Part shown: positions 22,006 through 35,151 of the stretch, piece by piece
How the letters are laid out: the number at the start of each line of letters is the position of its first letter
Position numbering within the stretch: position 1 is the first letter of the stretch
Origin: Nemertoderma westbladi
Lineage: Eukaryota > Animalia > Xenacoelomorpha
DNA: 43,224 bases
Assembly: GCA_032718475.1 (NCBI GenBank)
Contig: JAUCBJ010005409.1
Coordinates: 1 to 43,224 of the forward strand
Direction: 5' to 3'
The notes under the pieces: generated by a model
Told to the model about the DNA's origin: nothing
Databases searched by the model: none
Seen by the model: the letters and a program-made list of their open reading frames with translations, nothing else
Program-made: the position numbers and the translations under genes

Positions 22006-23322
22006 ATTGAAAGGAGCCGGTAACAGGGACGGTTATTTTTAACCAAAACAATAAACGACGTTGTTACAAATTGAGGGAAAGGAGCAGGTTACAGGGACGG
22101 CTCTTTATAACCAAAACAATAAACGATGTTGTTACCAATTGAGGGAAAGGAGCAGGTAACAGGGACGCTCTTTTTAACCAAAACAATAAACAATGTTGTT
22201 ACCAAATGAGGGAAAGGAGCAGGTTACATGCACGGCTCTTTTTAACACAAACAATAAACAATGTTGTTACAAATTGAGGGAAAGGAGCAGGTTACAATGA
22301 CGGCTCTTTCAAACCAAAACAATGAACGAATTTTTGACCAATTGAGGGAAAGGAGCAGGTTACAGGGACGCTCTTTCTAACCAAAACATTAAACGATGTT
22401 ATTACCAATTGAGGGAAAGGAGCAGGTTACAGGACGCTCTTTTTAACCAAAACAATAAACAATGTTGTTACCAAATGAGGGAAAGGAGCAGGTTACATGC
22501 ACGGCTCTTTTTAACACAAACAATAAACAATGTTGTTACAAATTGAGGGAAAGGAGCAGGTTACAATGACGGCTCTTTCAAACCAAAACAATGAACGAAT
22601 TTTTGACCAATTGAGGGAAAGGAGCAGGTTACATGGACGCTCTTTCTAACCAAAACATTAAACGATGTTATTACCAATTGAGGGAAAGGAGCAGGTTACA
22701 GGGACGCTCTTTCTAACCAAAACAATAAACGATGCTGTTACCATTTGAGGGAAAGGAGCAGGTTACAGGGACGCTCTTTCTAACCAAAACATTAAACGAT
22801 GTTATTACCAATTGAGGGAAAGGAGCAGGTTACAGGACGCTCTTTCTAACCAAAACAATAAACGATGTTGTTACCATTTGAGGGAAAGGAGCAGGTTACA
22901 GGGACGCTCTTTCTAACCAAAACATTAAACGATGTTATTACCAATTGAGGGAAAGGAGCAGGTTACAGGGACGCTCTTTCTAACCAAAACAATAAACGAT
23001 GTAGTTACCAATTGAGGGAAAGGAGCAGGTTACAGGGACGCTCTTTTTAACCAAAACAATAAACGATGTTGTTACCAATTGAGGGAAAGGAGCAGGTTAG
23101 AGGGACGCTCTTTCTAACCAAAAACAATAAACGATGTTTTTACCAATTGAGGGAAAGGAGCAGGTTACAGGGACGCTCTTTCTAACCAAAACAATAAACG
23201 ATGTTGTTACCATTTTAGGGAAAGGAGCAGGTTACAGGGACGCTCTTTCTAACCAAAACATTAAACGATGTTATTACCAATTGAGGGAAAGGAGCAGGTT
23301 ACAGGACGCTCTTTCTAACCAA
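22006..23322 (+). repeat. ~67-bp tandem repeat (~20 units)
   Basis: Unit ATTGAGGGAAAGGAGCAGGTTACAGGGACGCTCTTTCTAACCAAAACAATAAACGATGTTGTTACCA. Confidence 0.95.
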
Positions 23323-24808
23323 GACTAAGGCAAGGCTAAGGATTGGTTTAGGGTTAATATATTCCAAGTAAATATATTTCTATTTTCTTTATTGCTTTGT
23401 ATACAGTAATGAGGTTTAATATAACATAGTAAATAAGTCTCAACATGACTAAAGTTAATTCGGCCTGATTTTACGGGCGGATGTGCCTAGAACCACCCGC
23501 TAGTAACCAATAATATATATTAACTGGGTGAATGTAATTTTATTGTGTAATTTGATTTGTTTTACATCGTAGTCCACCTTGTTTCTGTGGACGGCGGATT
23601 TACGCCTTGTAATCCGGAATGCCTTTGAACTCCTCGGCTGTGTACAGAGCGATCTACGTAGATTACTATAATAATTACCCGTGTCTCTGATTGGATTGGG
23701 TTAATTATTTGGTTGCATACGTTTGGACTACGAAGCGGGTTGACCTAACTACTGTAATAATTGCGGCTATCCTTCCTACAGTCCTACTGTATGGATTATT
23801 TTTATATTTGTGTAGTAGATAGCGCTCGCATATAGGCTTAAATACCATAGTGAGATTTACTGAAAAACATAGCAACGTGATTACTTTTCAAGTATTACAT
23901 AAATAAATACACATTGACATATAAGGGGGACTCTGGGCGCAAAATCGACGTAAATAACAGCTGATTACGAGCGAAAATATTACTGTAACCTACTGTATTT
24001 TATTGACTTTGGCTTGTTGTCTTGGCTAGAATAACCCGCCACCAAAACCTGCTTATTTCCCTTAATGAATTGTTTAATATTTTTTAAATAATTAAATATA
24101 AATTCGCGTATATATAGAAATCATATAAATAGCGCATGGAAATGAATTGAGAATAGATATTAATTCGCTGAGATGGTATTAGCGCCCCCCCCCCCCCCCC
24201 CAGGGGCGTATCCAAGGGGGGGGGGGGGCACGGGGGGGGCTCATGCCCCCCCCCCCCCCCCGGCAATTTTTGAACTATGATTGTAAGCACTAGCGTACAG
24301 AGGGTGGTGGCCATGTGGCTATAGCCACCCCCTAGGAAAATGAGAAAGCTGAAAAACCCCTTCCATTTGAAGTGAAAAAATAAGTAATAAAAATATTAAA
24401 GATCCACATTCCCAATTTTCTGAAACAAAGGCATTTTTCTAAACTGCAAGCTTCGCATTGTAACCTGGCTGGCTAGGGGGGGGGGGGGGGGGGGGGGTGG
24501 TGGGTAATATGAAAATAACCCTTGCTAGTATTATATCAGTTGTGGCCTTCTGGCTGGCCACAAATGGGAAATACATTGCTCTCTACCCCGTTGCTTCATA
24601 AATCGAGGTGCAATTGTAACCTTAGAATTTTATAAATCCATATGTAAGCAAGTATTGTCGTGTCTAGCAGTATTCTGCTTATGTTTTGTTGTTCAGATTA
24701 TGTCAACTTCGCAGATTTCTGGTTATATTCTCGTTACGCTGCCCAGTAGGCTTACCACTTATATAACCTCCTACTAGCAGATAGGGGGGGAAACTGGACG
24801 CAATAAAA

Positions 24809-25204
24809 ATTCATCCCTCCCCAGGGGAAATTCGACACAAATAACAGATGATTACTCTCAAAAATAAAACTGTAACCTGTTATATTGTGTTTAGTTTATT
24901 GTTTTGGTTAAAATAACGTGCCACTGTAACCTGCTCCTTTCCCTAAATTGAGAATTTAACATTGAGGCGGGATATTAATTCGCCAAGGTGGGTTTTGCAA
25001 ATGGACGCAAATCCCATCTCGGCTAATTATTTTTTTCCTCAATGTAAAATTATCACGTTTTGCTAACCAAAATATTGAACGAAAGTCAATAGAACAGGTT
25101 ACAGTTTTATTTTTGAGAGTTATCAGCTGTTATTTCGATTCAACATCGAATCAACAGCTTTCGAATCAACTGTTAATTGCGTCGATTTTCCCCTGGAGAT
25201 GAAT
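24809..25204. mobile_element. MITE-like inverted-repeat element carrying an antisense 67-bp satellite monomer
   Basis: Arms ATTCATC...CCAGGGGAAA.TCGAC...AAATAACAG.TGAT.ACTCTCAAAAATAAAACTGTAACCTGTT and its reverse complement at ~25087-25204. A related copy lies at ~23935-24010. Confidence 0.7.
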
Positions 25205-25374
25205 GACATTTGATTTGAGTCGAAAGTCCCCACCCCCTCAGGCTAGCCTAGCTCGTATGAAAAGGGTATTATACAGTGTAAAGACCATTGATAGTAATGA
25301 AAGCCTCCTCGCTGCGCTCTCTCGGTACATAAACACTAGGATTATAATCCTGAAGTTCTATTTTGCACACTTTA

Positions 25375-25581
25375 CACCATGTCCTGGAATTTAGTGTCGT
25401 TATTCAGGTACCTGGACTCCCCCCCCCCCCCCCCCCCCCCCCCATATTTTCAACAAATCTTAATGAGATTGCATGAAATTTGAAACAGAGATAGTTTCAC
25501 CTCCCGACCACTGACTGGGTGAGCCAGAATTTTTATTTTAGCTTTCATTCTTTATCCACACGCGTTTGAAAAAAGTGTCTC
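25375..25581. mobile_element. Single-arm fragment of the MITE family at 6282-7156
   Basis: TA|CACCATGTCCTGGAATTTAGTGTCGTTATTCAGGTAC...polyC...GAGCCAGAATTTT...TTTGAAAAAAGTG. Confidence 0.85.
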
Positions 25582-26577
25582 AGGCGAAATGGCACACCAC
25601 ATAATTGTAGACCAAGTGTTACCAAAATTAGAAGCGATTAAACGAATCCCTTGGGTATAGTTGTATGTAAGGTCAGGATCGTATGAGGAACTTTGCAATT
25701 ACGGTGTAGTAAACACGTCTGCTAACCGGACAGACGAACGACCCAACCAACACAATGGATTTTAATTGAAATCACCAACAATACAAGTCGTAGTTTCAGT
25801 GAGTGAAGAATTCCTAAGTAGTAAGTTTTGGCTCTCATTAGCATGCCATATTGTCAATGCTGTTTATGATTGGAATTTTCAATTGGGCGCGGTTTTTTGT
25901 TACCTAGAAGGCACCGTTGTTGGTTTTATTTAAAGGTGAATGTTAAGCAGGTATCACTTTCGCCGGCGTTAAACCGCGGACTGTGTAATGAAGCTTTTTT
26001 TTCGTCGACATTTTCGTATCGGAATGCCAATGAATAGCCAAGGTATGGAATTGCATCGCCCCACAATATATGGGGCCTTGTACCAGGAATATTAATAACG
26101 CAACTCAATTCAATCATCCATAAAGTTAGGAAAAACCTAGAATATAAATCGCACGGATATTTCGGAAATGTATTCAGACATGTTTCTCCAATTCAGCGAC
26201 CACTTTTATTTAGTTATTTATTTATTTACACACTTTGAAACACTAAATATATTTAAAACTTTGTATAGAAATAATAATAACATAAATGCGCATCTCGGTA
26301 AAAAAAAACTGACTAACTATTCTGATTTGCATCGGTAGGGAGGCCTATTTGCAGCCAATAACAGCTATAGTTAGGTACCGGTACACAGCGATTAACAGAA
26401 GCAGAATGGCCGCCATTGTTAGGCGTTGCGAGACGGTATGCGCACCAATGGGCGCCCAGCTTCGCCAAACAACTGCTTCGGGAGATTATAAGTACAGAGA
26501 AACTTCATCGAAATACGACATTCTTACAATTCCTCTACCATCTGTCGTTGGTAACTCAAAGACTTTTCCTAACAAAT

Positions 26578-26804
26578 ATGATGCATCAACAAGCGCACCA
26601 CCCATATACCCAGACTCACCACTTACAGACGCAGCCTTCCATGGGACAGGAATGCATGTTACCAGGACAACAGGGTCTAATGCAGCAGCAACATCCACCC
26701 AATCACCACCCGTCGTTGGTTCAGAGTCAACACCACCCCTACATGCCAAACTTCTGTCAGATGATATCGCCACCGTGTTTGATGGACGCTTTTGAGGATT
26801 CTTG
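26578..26804 (+). CDS. trh: Probable coding exon 1 of the trachealess/NPAS1/3 gene (Q/H/P-rich N-terminus)
   Basis: ATGATG start, MMHQQAHHPY...MDAFEDS, and strong donor TG|GTAAGT (phase 2). Joins in frame to the acceptor at 30024, giving ...[13 protein letters not shown]. Confidence 0.65.
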
Positions 26805-29144
26805 GTAAGTTTCTCCTCCACGAGTCCCGTTCACATAAAGCCACATTCATTTTTTGTGGCTGGCAATAATTTAGTGGCGACTGCATGATGCCGGCATATG
26901 AAAATGTATTCTGGCACATATTTTTTATCGACCATTGGTAAAGAATTAAATATTTTTTTTAATATATTAACATCATTTTTTTATGTTGTTAATAATTTAT
27001 TGTTTAAATTTATGAATTGATCAGATAGTGATGTAGGATAATATAACAATTACTGTGGTAATTATAGACCAACCTTGACAAACTGTGTTAAAATTGTTCA
27101 GTTTAATTTTTTCCTTGTTTTTTTTTATTAGAAAACCAGCCCTCTGTAACATGCTTCGTTCCTTCAATTTATAAAGATATCCTTTATTGTTTTGGTTAGA
27201 AAATTCAGCATCTGTATTCTGATCCCTCATTTGTAAAGATGTAGTTTACTGTTTTGTTTAAAATATTTCGCCTTTTTAACCCGATTATTTCTCTTAATTC
27301 ACGTTATTTTCTTATGTGCCGTAATTGAGAAATGGACCACTTTAATAGAAAAAAGTCTAGCAAAATAAGAGTGTGCCAGCCTAATTCAATTTGCCTTTAA
27401 TCTCCAAACCATCAAATAACAATGTACCACTTCAAATAATGTGGCAGTTTAATTAATTATTGTGACAGAAAATTAATTAAAACTATTTATGCAATTTAGA
27501 TAAAAATGCAAAACATTAAGTTAAGTTTAATATTTTGTGTCCCGTTTTTAAAAAATCTGTCATTTTCCAACCTCTTGGCTGCAAGACTAAAACTCAAACT
27601 TTACACTTCTTATTCGATTTCTACAAAATATATATAATATAAATAAATATATTTTGCGTTTTTGTAACTCTGTAAGGAAATCCAGGGGTTTCCAATGTCA
27701 ACTAGCGTAACTTTTCGCCAGTTCAACATTTGGGTAAACAAAAACAATTTAATTATCAAGTGACTGGTGGCGATAATGAGAAGGGATCGTAATATTCAAC
27801 AAGGAGCTTTAGATTTGTAATTTACACTCGAAAATGACATATTTAAGAAGTGCGTGGCCGAGTTAAAGAAGAATTTGGCCTGTCTACCTGATTTTCTACC
27901 GAGGGAATTTAGAAAAGATGGGTAATATTCTAAAGTACATTTCAATTCAGAATAATTTACCTTTTTAAATTGCAAACTCAAATCACCATTCGCAATTGTG
28001 TTAAGTTTCGGTGCATTTAGCATCCCCCCTCCTACCCCCTACCCCAATCCTACCCGCTACTCGAAACTGGGGTGGACCGCCCCCCATTTATAGGCAACCA
28101 CCCCATGTAAGTTATCTCTGGCGCTAATGGGCCTTTATTCTCTCGAAACAGATAATATCGGCGTGGGGTGTTTAGTCGCCGCTGTGGAACCGCCATCCAA
28201 ACCGATCATATTTCCTACCCCACTGAGTCGCTCCACTCTCAAAATGGTTTCCCCTTTCCGATAAAAAACATTTTACAAAAGCTCTCGAGATTTTGTTACC
28301 GCGCGCATTGCCCCCACACATTATGTGTAATCTAACCCCGAGTGCAGGCGGTTTTCTAATGATAGATCATTTACTTACTTACAACTGTAACCCCTCTTTT
28401 TTATTTAATATAGTTTACTGAATCTGCATAAAACACTTAAATTTATCGAATAACCGAACTAAAGAAGACAGTAACCGATGAATTTTTACGCTAAAATACA
28501 CCATCCCATCCCATCTATCCTTTTTCCCTTATAACTCTGTTATCGACTTAGTTACCGTTGTGTACACAGACAATGTGCACGACTACCTACTTGATATAAT
28601 CGGCTTCTAATAAGAAAACTGTTAAGCTGTGCGCTAAGCCGATTTCACTGCGCGCGGTTTACAGTAAGTCAGGTAGGCCCGTGGGCATCGCCTCTCATTG
28701 TAAGCTACTGCACGCCTCCATAGAATGCAGGTCCACTTGAGGGCACCATGTAGGCCTGATTGTGTCCAGCACTTCTCCCTTTGGATGGGTACACACGGAT
28801 ATATAGATTGAAAGCTCCCACCCACAACACTGCTAAGTATTCCGCTAATTGTCTCCAGAAATTGAGTCGAAGCAATAAAACAGTGAAATCTAATTTTCGT
28901 AGTTAATGTTATGTATATGTGTGGAAATGGAAGTAAATGTAAATTACTCTACTAATGTCTCATTCGATTTTAACTTTGATAATTAATGGAAGCCTTTTTT
29001 GGTATATAAATTAGAAACACAATTGTATGTATTATGTTTCGACCTACATTTCTTTTACCCTCGAGTGGGATACTATTCTGAAACATTGCATTGGGTTTTA
29101 CAGGAAGGGTGAGTGTATTGAATTGAAGTGAGCCTTACATGAGA

Positions 29145-29383
29145 GGGTGGGATAACTCAGTTGGCTAGCGCCGGGTCTGCAATCTATTGGTTGTAGGTTC
29201 GAGCCCAGCCAAGGTCCACTCAGCCTTCTTTCTATCCACTGGGGTCGATAAAATATGGACCAGTTGAATTATTACTGGGAGCAAAACTTGGGCTAGGAAT
29301 AGCGCCCACCCCTACCTTCGGGTAGCAGCTATCGAAAGAGGAGCCTTCGGGTCGCCTCCGGCTTCGGCCGACTGTTTGCTTTG
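29145..29383 (+). mobile_element. tRNA-derived SINE with a Meta-domain-like core and structured 3' region
   Basis: A-box TAACTCAGTTGG and B-box GGTTCGAGCCC, then ACTCAGCCTT...GGGGTCGATAAAAT...ACCAG, which resembles the MetaSINE core from memory. Ends TGTTTGCTTTG. Confidence 0.75.
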
Positions 29384-30023
29384 AGCTAGACCTAACCCGA
29401 CCCCAGTGTAGTGTATTGTAGTGTACCCGAACACTAGACCCCAGTGTAGTGTATAACCAACAAATCAGTGGGCAGTACTAAACATAACATAATAGCATTA
29501 ATTTATGGCAAGAAAATTAGTAACTTAAATATATAAATAATATTGTAATTACTTTCGTGCCAAATAATATATTAAATATATATTCACATTATACACACAA
29601 ATAGTCGATAATTCCTTATAAAACTCCCTCGCAGTTGATTTTGATCCCAGATGATAAATTTCTTATGATGGAAGTGGTTTTCTCTCGCCCCTTCATTGAT
29701 ATTCTTGAGCTGAAATCGACTGCTGATAGTTACATTAGTGAGTGTGTGTGAGTCCCTAATGCTTACCTTTGAACAATTGATCTGATAAGAGGAATTTCAA
29801 TAGGACGAATCGCATTTAAGAGCATTTAATTATTGTTTGTCATACCCTGGTGTCAGTTCAGTAAGCAAAAATTATGCAATACAGTATTAATGTCAACTTA
29901 AAACACGAATTCATAAACATTTCTAAATACTTTACTAACAAAGCCAATAGTTACATTGTATTATTATTATTTAACCGAGGTTTTTATAATGTTATATTTT
30001 ACATAATTTCGATCCTTCGTTAG

Positions 30024-30253
30024 TTTTTTAGCCATGAGGAAGGAGAAATCCCGCGATGCGGCGCGATCGAGACGGGGCAAAGAGAACTACGAGTTCCTGG
30101 AGTTGGCTAGGATGTTGCCGACTCCATTCGCGATCACAAGTCAACTCGATAAGGCCTCCATTGTTCGTCTAGTCGTTTCCTATATGAAGATGCGGGATTT
30201 TGTGACTCAGGGGAACCCACCCTGGTCTGGAAAACACTACTCCAAAGATAGAG
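30024..30253 (+). CDS. trh: trachealess/NPAS1/3 exon 2 (bHLH)
   Basis: [52 protein letters not shown]...GNPPW is diagnostic of Trh/NPAS1/3. Donor G|GTTAGA (phase 1). Confidence 0.93.
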
Positions 30254-32081
30254 GTTAGATTTACTACAACTTGGAATTTGTCCCTCTGCGCTTATAAATA
30301 ATTCCGTCCAAAGGCATAGGTTAGGGTTACTTGGACTTAAAATACTTTAAAACCTAAATTAGATCAATCCATAATATAATTCTCCTAATTATCAATGTAA
30401 ATTGACAAGACATCTTAAAATTTTATCTATGCTCAAACTTTTGGGCCTACAACATTCACTCTGGCGTAACTATCGACTTTTTTTATTTGTTTGGTTTCCG
30501 TGTGTAAGAAATGATTTGAGTTTTGAGTATTGTTAAACACGTATAAAGCCTCCTCTGGCCGCATGCTTAGAGCACCATTACCGCAGAGGAACGCAATGAC
30601 GTAGACAATTATCTAATGATAAATTCTTTGAAGCTTATTGAGTTATCGCCATACATTGGGCCTATGAGGGAGCACGCGGCATCCATGATGGCTTTTAATG
30701 CCTCTACAGATGGGAGTGCTGTGCTTCACGGGTGACTTAAATCTCTTTTTCAACTCTCAAATGTTATTACAGCGTAGAGTAAACACACAGTGTAGAAGGT
30801 TGATGCATTCCTTGATACGGGAATGCAAGGGTACTACCACAGGGCACCGCGTTTGGTACAGTAACCCAATCAACAAACCCTCCGCCGCTGGCTAATGTAA
30901 AGGCACATCGGCAGCCGGTACATTTTGACATCTGAAGATGCTCAATTTTGGGAAGTTTACCGGCCCGAGGGGCAATTTAATTGTTCCGCTGCCCGAGGCA
31001 TAATCAACACGGGCAAACATGTCTTAGGGGGCAGTTATGGGGTGGAGAGGAGGTCCCTTGATTACTGTCCAAGAGATCTGATTTCCTCCATTGATCAACT
31101 TGTTTCGATTCAGCAAGTTGAGATTATTTAAATTGATGGATGGAGTTAGCTATAGAGTTGGATAAATTGAATGCCAGCACTACTGACCAAAGATAATCTG
31201 TCAAAAGATTCATGCACTAAAATCGTAAAGGGGGTATCTGCTTACAAATGGAGCAGGACGAGCTTTACATGATCAACTTGAAAGTTGATCCAGATAAAAT
31301 TAAGAGAAACCGATTCTTTATTTTTCTTAATGCATGTTATATTTATTTAGATGCGTTGGTTCGTTTTGGTTGTCATTATTAATTATGTAATAGTCTTGAA
31401 GTTAATATGCGCAACGATTTTGATAACAACTTATAGGTATGATGATAGTGCTGGCTGACCAGGCCGGATTTTCCAAGTTTTGATTTATTTTGGTTCAACT
31501 TGCCGTTAAAAAACTGTCTATTTAACAATACTTAACTACCTCAATCAGCTTTATATTACATTTTTTTTTAATTCAGGTATTTTCCCTACGGAAAAAGTAA
31601 CCCATAGGATTGCATTGATTTTACTTTTTTTCCCGGCGCAAAAAGTAAAATTTTTTGGTGGAATTTCTTAAATTTTAATACATGTGTTGAAGGAGCATCG
31701 AAGTAGAAAAGGTTTGCACGTAATTTGAGCCAAATCCATTCATACACTCGAAAATTATTATTTTATTATTATTATTACGCCATGATTCGGTAACTCAGTT
31801 AAATTAGCTCACATAGTTTAAAATAAATAATAGTAAAATATTAAAATAGATTGAATTGATATGTCAATAAAAACGGGAAGAGGTTTGTTGCATGAGGTTC
31901 TACTTTCTAGATCATGATGTGAGTGAGATTCTATTGGCGTTACAGTTTAGTAGATGATATGTTGGTTGGAGCTGCTAGACCACAAAGCGGAGCACCTACA
32001 TTCTTCCTTAGGCTGATGGAAGTTGATACGAGTACAGATACGATGGTGGAAGTCGTTAACTGAAAATCGTGTATTAATGGC

Positions 32082-32500
32082 TTAATGGCTCCAATCCAAT
32101 CCTCTGTTCCGGAACTCCAGTGATGATGACGAGAATTGCCCCGGTATATTTCCCCGCTTATGGATCAGATCGCAGTACTTCTTGTACTCTTGTGTGTGAG
32201 GAAGGTATAACAAGATGACAAGGGATCCCTCTTTACAGATCGCATAGATCAACCGGATATGTGTAGTCCCGGACAGATTTTTGGCAAATATAAAAGGCCA
32301 TATCTCGCGCAAACCATACTGGATTATTGGCCGCACCTTCATGTTAAATAGCGTGACGGCTGTACTCAACAATTATTGCAACTTTAGTGTCTGCAAGGGG
32401 AACTCCAAAACGGAACTCAATATCCAATATTGGTTTATGTACAGTATGGTAGTTAAGCGGCTCTCCAGTATCGTCCCACTTCAGCTTTAAATGGTAACTC
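32082..32500 (-). mobile_element. Degenerate non-LTR retrotransposon fragment (RT C-terminal region)
   Basis: LSTAVTLFNMKVRPIIQYGLREIW resembles the LF...V.P...YG.E.W motif of LINEs. Heavily decayed. Confidence 0.4.
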
Positions 32501-32941
32501 GCCATTGTCCTTTGGTTGTTAGGCACTGCTTTGTAAGGTAAAATTGTTGTTTCTTTTTGCATTAATTGTATTTTTATTTAATTTACAACTGATTCCTAGA
32601 ACAAATGAACTGCAACATGTGCTATTGACTTTATTATTTTGGTTAGAATCTCAAGTCACTGTAATCGGACCTAAAGCTGCAGGACCTAACAACGTAGTTT
32701 GACCTTCCCTTTAAACTTAGTAAAAAAGTACCTCTTTTCCTTTTGTAACTTTTTACTATCGTGCACGTTAACTTTTGTTTTTTTGGTTTGGTTTCCCCCT
32801 CTGTAACATGCTCCTTTACAAAGCTGACCCGTTCTGATACGGGACCTAATGCTCCAGGAACTTATTGCCTTTGGCGACATGTCGTGGTGAGACCTGTCAG
32901 CAGTGGCAGGTCTTATTGCCACATTGAACTTATCGCGACAA

Positions 32942-33983
32942 AATCAAACAGACAACCAAGGCAATTCAAATAGGCCCTTGGTACATTGCCCCTCTAACAA
33001 TATTATTAGTGATGATATTTAATCAAACAGACAACCAAGGCAATTCAAATAGGCCCTTGGTACATTGCCCCTCTAACAATATTATTAGTGATGATATTTA
33101 ATCAAACAGACAACCTTCAAATAGGCCCTTGGTACATTGCCCCTCTAACAATATTATTAGTGATGATATTTAATCAAACAGACAACCAAGGCAATTCAAA
33201 TAGGCCCTTGGTACATTGCCCCTCTAACAATATTATTAGTGATGATATTTTAATCAAACTGAAAACCAAGGCAATTCAAATAGGCCCTTGGTACATTGCC
33301 CCTCTAACAATATTATTAGTGATGATATTTTAATCAAACAGACAACCAAGGCAATTCAAATAGGCCCTTGGTACATTGCCCCTCTAACAATATTATTAGT
33401 GATGATATTTTAATCAAACAGACAACCAAGGCAATTTAAATAGGCCCTTGGTACAGTGCCCCTCTAACAATATTATTAATGATGATATTTCATCAAACAG
33501 ACAACCAAGGCAATTCAAATAGGCCCTTGGTACATTGCCCCTCTAACAATATTATTAGTGATGATATTTAATCAAACAGACAACCAAGGCAATTCAAATA
33601 GGCCCTTGGTACATTGCCCCTCTAACAATATTATTAGTGATGATATTTTAATCAAACAGACAACCATGGCAATTCAAATAGGCCCTTGGTACATTGCCCC
33701 TCTAACAATATTATTAGTGATGATATTTAATCAAACAGACAACCAAGGCAATTCAAATAGGCCCTTGGTACATTGCCCCTCTAACAATATTATTGGTGAT
33801 GATATTTTAATCAAACAGACAACCAAGGCAATTCAAATAGGCCCTTGGTACATTGCCCCTCTAACAATATTATTATTGATGATATTTAATCAAACAGACA
33901 ACCAAGGCAATTCAAATAGGCCCTTGGTACATTGCCCCTCTAACAATATTATAAGTGATGATATTTCATCAAACAGACAACCA
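32942..33983 (+). repeat. 79-80-bp intronic tandem repeat (~13 units)
   Basis: Unit AATCAAACAGACAACCAAGGCAATTCAAATAGGCCCTTGGTACATTGCCCCTCTAACAATATTATTAGTGATGATATTT(T). Confidence 0.95.
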
Positions 33984-35109
33984 AAAAAAAAAGTCAGCCA
34001 CCGTAGTTATTTCTATTACATTCTCGATCTTGTTTATTGCCATAAAAAAATATTATTTATGCCATGAAAATGTGACAGATTTACACAACATTGATACCAA
34101 ACTCCGCACTCACGCACTACCAATTTTAAAAGATATCGATTTTTAATGCAGCTTTAGAATTTGTACGGTGCGATTTCATTGATTTATATACAGGAGGTGC
34201 CATTGGGGGTGGATGGGATTTAGGCATTTCTAGATGGGCGCACATCCATTAAGTTCGAGCTCTAAACCGGATTATTGCAGGAGGTTCTGTAGGAATCGCT
34301 TAAGGTGCCTTTAGCGTCTGTACTGTGACTAAAAGGTTACAAAAAATATCGACCATATGCAATGATTATCTAAAATTCTAAGCTATTTTAAAGAGAAAAT
34401 CCAGTAATATTGACGATGTTGATACACATTCTTAATAACAAGCAACTTTGGGCATTAAGTTTTGAGAGCGTCTATTTGGTTTATCGGTATCGTTTTATTC
34501 TGAGCAGCGTGGCTAAAATATAGGGTTTAAAGAAGGGAATTAGAGATTCTCTCTTGCGCTGGTGTTTGATTACCTGGCTCCAGCATGGTGTCACGACAAC
34601 AAACTATATTACCCCCTGCCGCGATATTCTTAATTTAAATCATCATTAGCTGACGCCGTGTTTATTTCCGCGTTCCCGGGCCACGGGTGTGTACGAAGAC
34701 CAACCCTCTAACTCACTCATCTAATTTCCCAGATGTCTTGACGATGCGTAATGCGGGGATTAGCCGTGTAACCGCCCTCCCCTCCCCCAATCCCTGGTCT
34801 CAATAGTCCCCACACTCGCCTGTCTGCTTGCAAGGTTTCATCCCCTATCATTGATGCTTATTCCTCAAATCCGAGAAGTGATTTAGGCGACCGATAGCCA
34901 TTTTGTTCGCCTCGTGAAGTCAATTTAATCATTGGAAGTTTCGGAATGAGAGCCACTGTGTTGTTATCCTGCAAAGTAACTGAATGTAGTTACCGGAAAT
35001 TCTCCCGAATGAATTTATCTTTACTTGAATAATCGGCAGGGACTGTTGCATCAATGCCACTTGTTCTCATCAAATCTCCCCTTTTAAACGCAAACTCAAT
35101 GTTTCTGTC

Positions 35110-35151
35110 TAGAGCGTCAGAAACGCGTTTAAACGCGTTTCTGACGCTCTA
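35110..35151. repeat. Perfect 42-bp palindrome
   Basis: TAGAGCGTCAGAAACGCGTTT|AAACGCGTTTCTGACGCTCTA. Confidence 0.95.

Noticed and set aside
24185-24500. G-quadruplex regulatory cluster from polyG/polyC tracts
   Set aside because: The tracts belong to common MITE-like ends (CAGGGGCGTA...) and homopolymer lengths are unreliable. There is no specific support.
26349-26795. 148-aa ORF overlapping trh exon 1 in another frame
   Set aside because: Non-ATG start in the track and no homology. The alternative frame explains the splice donor and joins the bHLH exon.
29145-29215. Functional tRNA gene
   Set aside because: Has A/B boxes but no proper cloverleaf or acceptor stem, and it continues into a SINE core.
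33088-34067. ORFs in the 79-bp repeat (likewise 23134-23328, 6183-6380 and 6982-7254)
   Set aside because: Artefacts of tandem repeats, MITE arms and homopolymer tracts.
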